64,000 bases of DNA from Eledone cirrhosa. Taxonomy: Eukaryota. The notes under the pieces were generated by a model. It saw nothing but the letters and a program-made list of their open reading frames with translations, was not told the DNA's origin and made no database searches. The stretch covers positions 496,001 to 560,000 of the forward strand of contig OZ024765.1 in the NCBI GenBank assembly GCA_964016885.1, read 5' to 3'. A program made the translations under genes and the position numbers. Shown one piece after another: positions 62,296 through 64,000 of the stretch; the first letter of the stretch is position 1, and every line of letters starts with the position of its first letter.

Positions 62296-62700
62296 GCCAG
62301 CACACCACCACCATTACACGGCCACCACACCGCCACCACATCTCCACCACATCTCCACCATTACACCGCCACATCACCACCACCATATCACCGCCACCAC
62401 ACCACCACCACATCACCGCCACCACACCACCATATCACCATCACCGTCACCACCACAGATCAGCAAAATCACCACCACACCACCATCGCACCGCCACCAC
62501 ACTATCCCCATCACACCGCCACTGCCATACCAACCTCACCATCAACGTCACCAACACTATCACACCACCACCATCACCACTACGTCACCAACAGCACCAA
62601 CACCATCACCACCATCACCACAGTACCACCATCATACCACCACCAACAACAACTACACCACCACCATCACCACACACGCCCGAACACCACCACCAAAATG
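62296..62700. repeat. Degenerate (CAC)n low-complexity tract; similar tract at 45349-45495
   Basis: CAC/CAT/CCG-rich sequence giving His/Pro/Thr pseudo-ORFs. Confidence 0.85.
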
Positions 62701-63341
62701 AAGTACATAATAAATAAATAATAAATATATAATTATGAAAATAGTGTTGTTGTTGATGTCAAGCCCCGATTTTATTAAATTGAAATAGAAACATGAAGCC
62801 TTTAGTCTTAGGGGTTATTTAGGGTCTAAGAAGGAAATATTAAATTGATACTGAAATTTATAGGGTTTTTAAGTTTTGTCACGTTTTTATTTTGCTTGTA
62901 TGTTGCTTGTTGTTACGTTTGTTTGATTTTGCAGGATTTATCTCCCTTTGTGTAGGTTTTTCTGCTTGTTAATGTTAGATTAACTCCTTTTGATATTAAT
63001 TTAACACAATTAATCGTGATGTATTCAAACCCCTTACGTATATAAATACGCGCACGCAGACGTATATATACATATATTTACAAACACACACACATATATA
63101 TATACATATATTATATACATGAATTCTACTGCGTAGTGAATAGTCACTTCCACTATTATAAGCTTTCTGATGAAGTGTAATAAATAATTAAGTATTACAT
63201 ATGATTTAACAATGTATATTGTAGTCAGCACATGTAGACAATTTTAATACACAAAGAAACATATGTTAAAGCAAATCAATTGCTAATCTCATTCACGCCA
63301 GCGTTTTATATTTCTTGGTGCAATACTTGCTTATATTAATA

Positions 63342-63377
<36 letters not shown>

Positions 63378-64000
63378 GTATATATATACATATATATGTA
63401 TATATATACATACATATATATATATATAATATACATACACACAGACATATATATATATATATATACATACATACACACTCTACTTTGGTATTTAGTAATT
63501 GTGTCCTCATATGCATATTTAAAGGGAGTGCAAACATACACACACATACACACTCTCCCACAAACAAAATGGCGAACTGTAGGAAAGATAGCATTAATAA
63601 TAACGTTGATGACATAGCGAAGCGTGTGTTAAGGCGAGAATCAGAATTACGTTCCTATCTTTATAATGACATTAACATACCACGCTATGTGGGTTAGCCT
63701 TGGATCACATCAAAAAATTACCGGTGGACAGGGGGTTTTTTGGGGGGTTTGTTTTTATGATGGACCTATCAAACGATAACAGCGAAAACGCGACAACAAT
63801 CCACTTTACCGCTCTTCATTTCCCTTTGAAGCAATCACGTGTCCACACTTAGTGGAATTTCCTCAATATATCTTTTCTCTTTGACAAACCGCAGCCTGTT
63901 GAATTGGAAAAGATATCGACCCGGACGCCGAATGTAGAGGCCTTTCCCTCTCTCTCTCTTTCTCTATTGCTTTCTTTCTCTCTCTCTTTCTTTCTTTTTT

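Noticed and set aside
62199-62717. His/Pro/Thr-rich 172-aa protein
   Set aside because: It is a translation of degenerate (CAC)n.

Overview
This is a gene-poor, extremely AT- and microsatellite-rich eukaryotic window. It is most consistent with an octopus/cephalopod genome, inferred from repeat style and SINE types. No host protein-coding exon can be supported; almost all listed ORFs are (TA)n/(CA)n artefacts. The real content is mobile DNA nested inside simple repeats. (1) A near-intact CR1/L2-group LINE (47245-50906, +) has an uninterrupted endonuclease-RT ORF2 and a 5'-truncated ORF1 with two CCCH zinc fingers. Its ORF2 has no usable ATG, and the -1 overlap with ORF1 holds two correctly phased slippery heptamers (T TTT TTA, A AAA AAC). 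(2) Two further 3' fragments of related LINEs are present. (3) Three stacked R4/Dong-like 3' ends sit in (TAA)n. (4) Tx1-like 3' ends sit in (TATC)n. (5) RTE and CRE-like remnants are present. (6) Many short TA-embedded, Penelope-like pieces carry hammerhead-ribozyme-like motifs, several as asymmetric fold-back hairpins. (7) tRNA-derived SINEs occur, one with an internally amplified 125-bp unit. (8) There are several minisatellites and a 200-N assembly gap. The two best-preserved LINE copies each lie inside a long compound TA satellite with the same unit on both sides.
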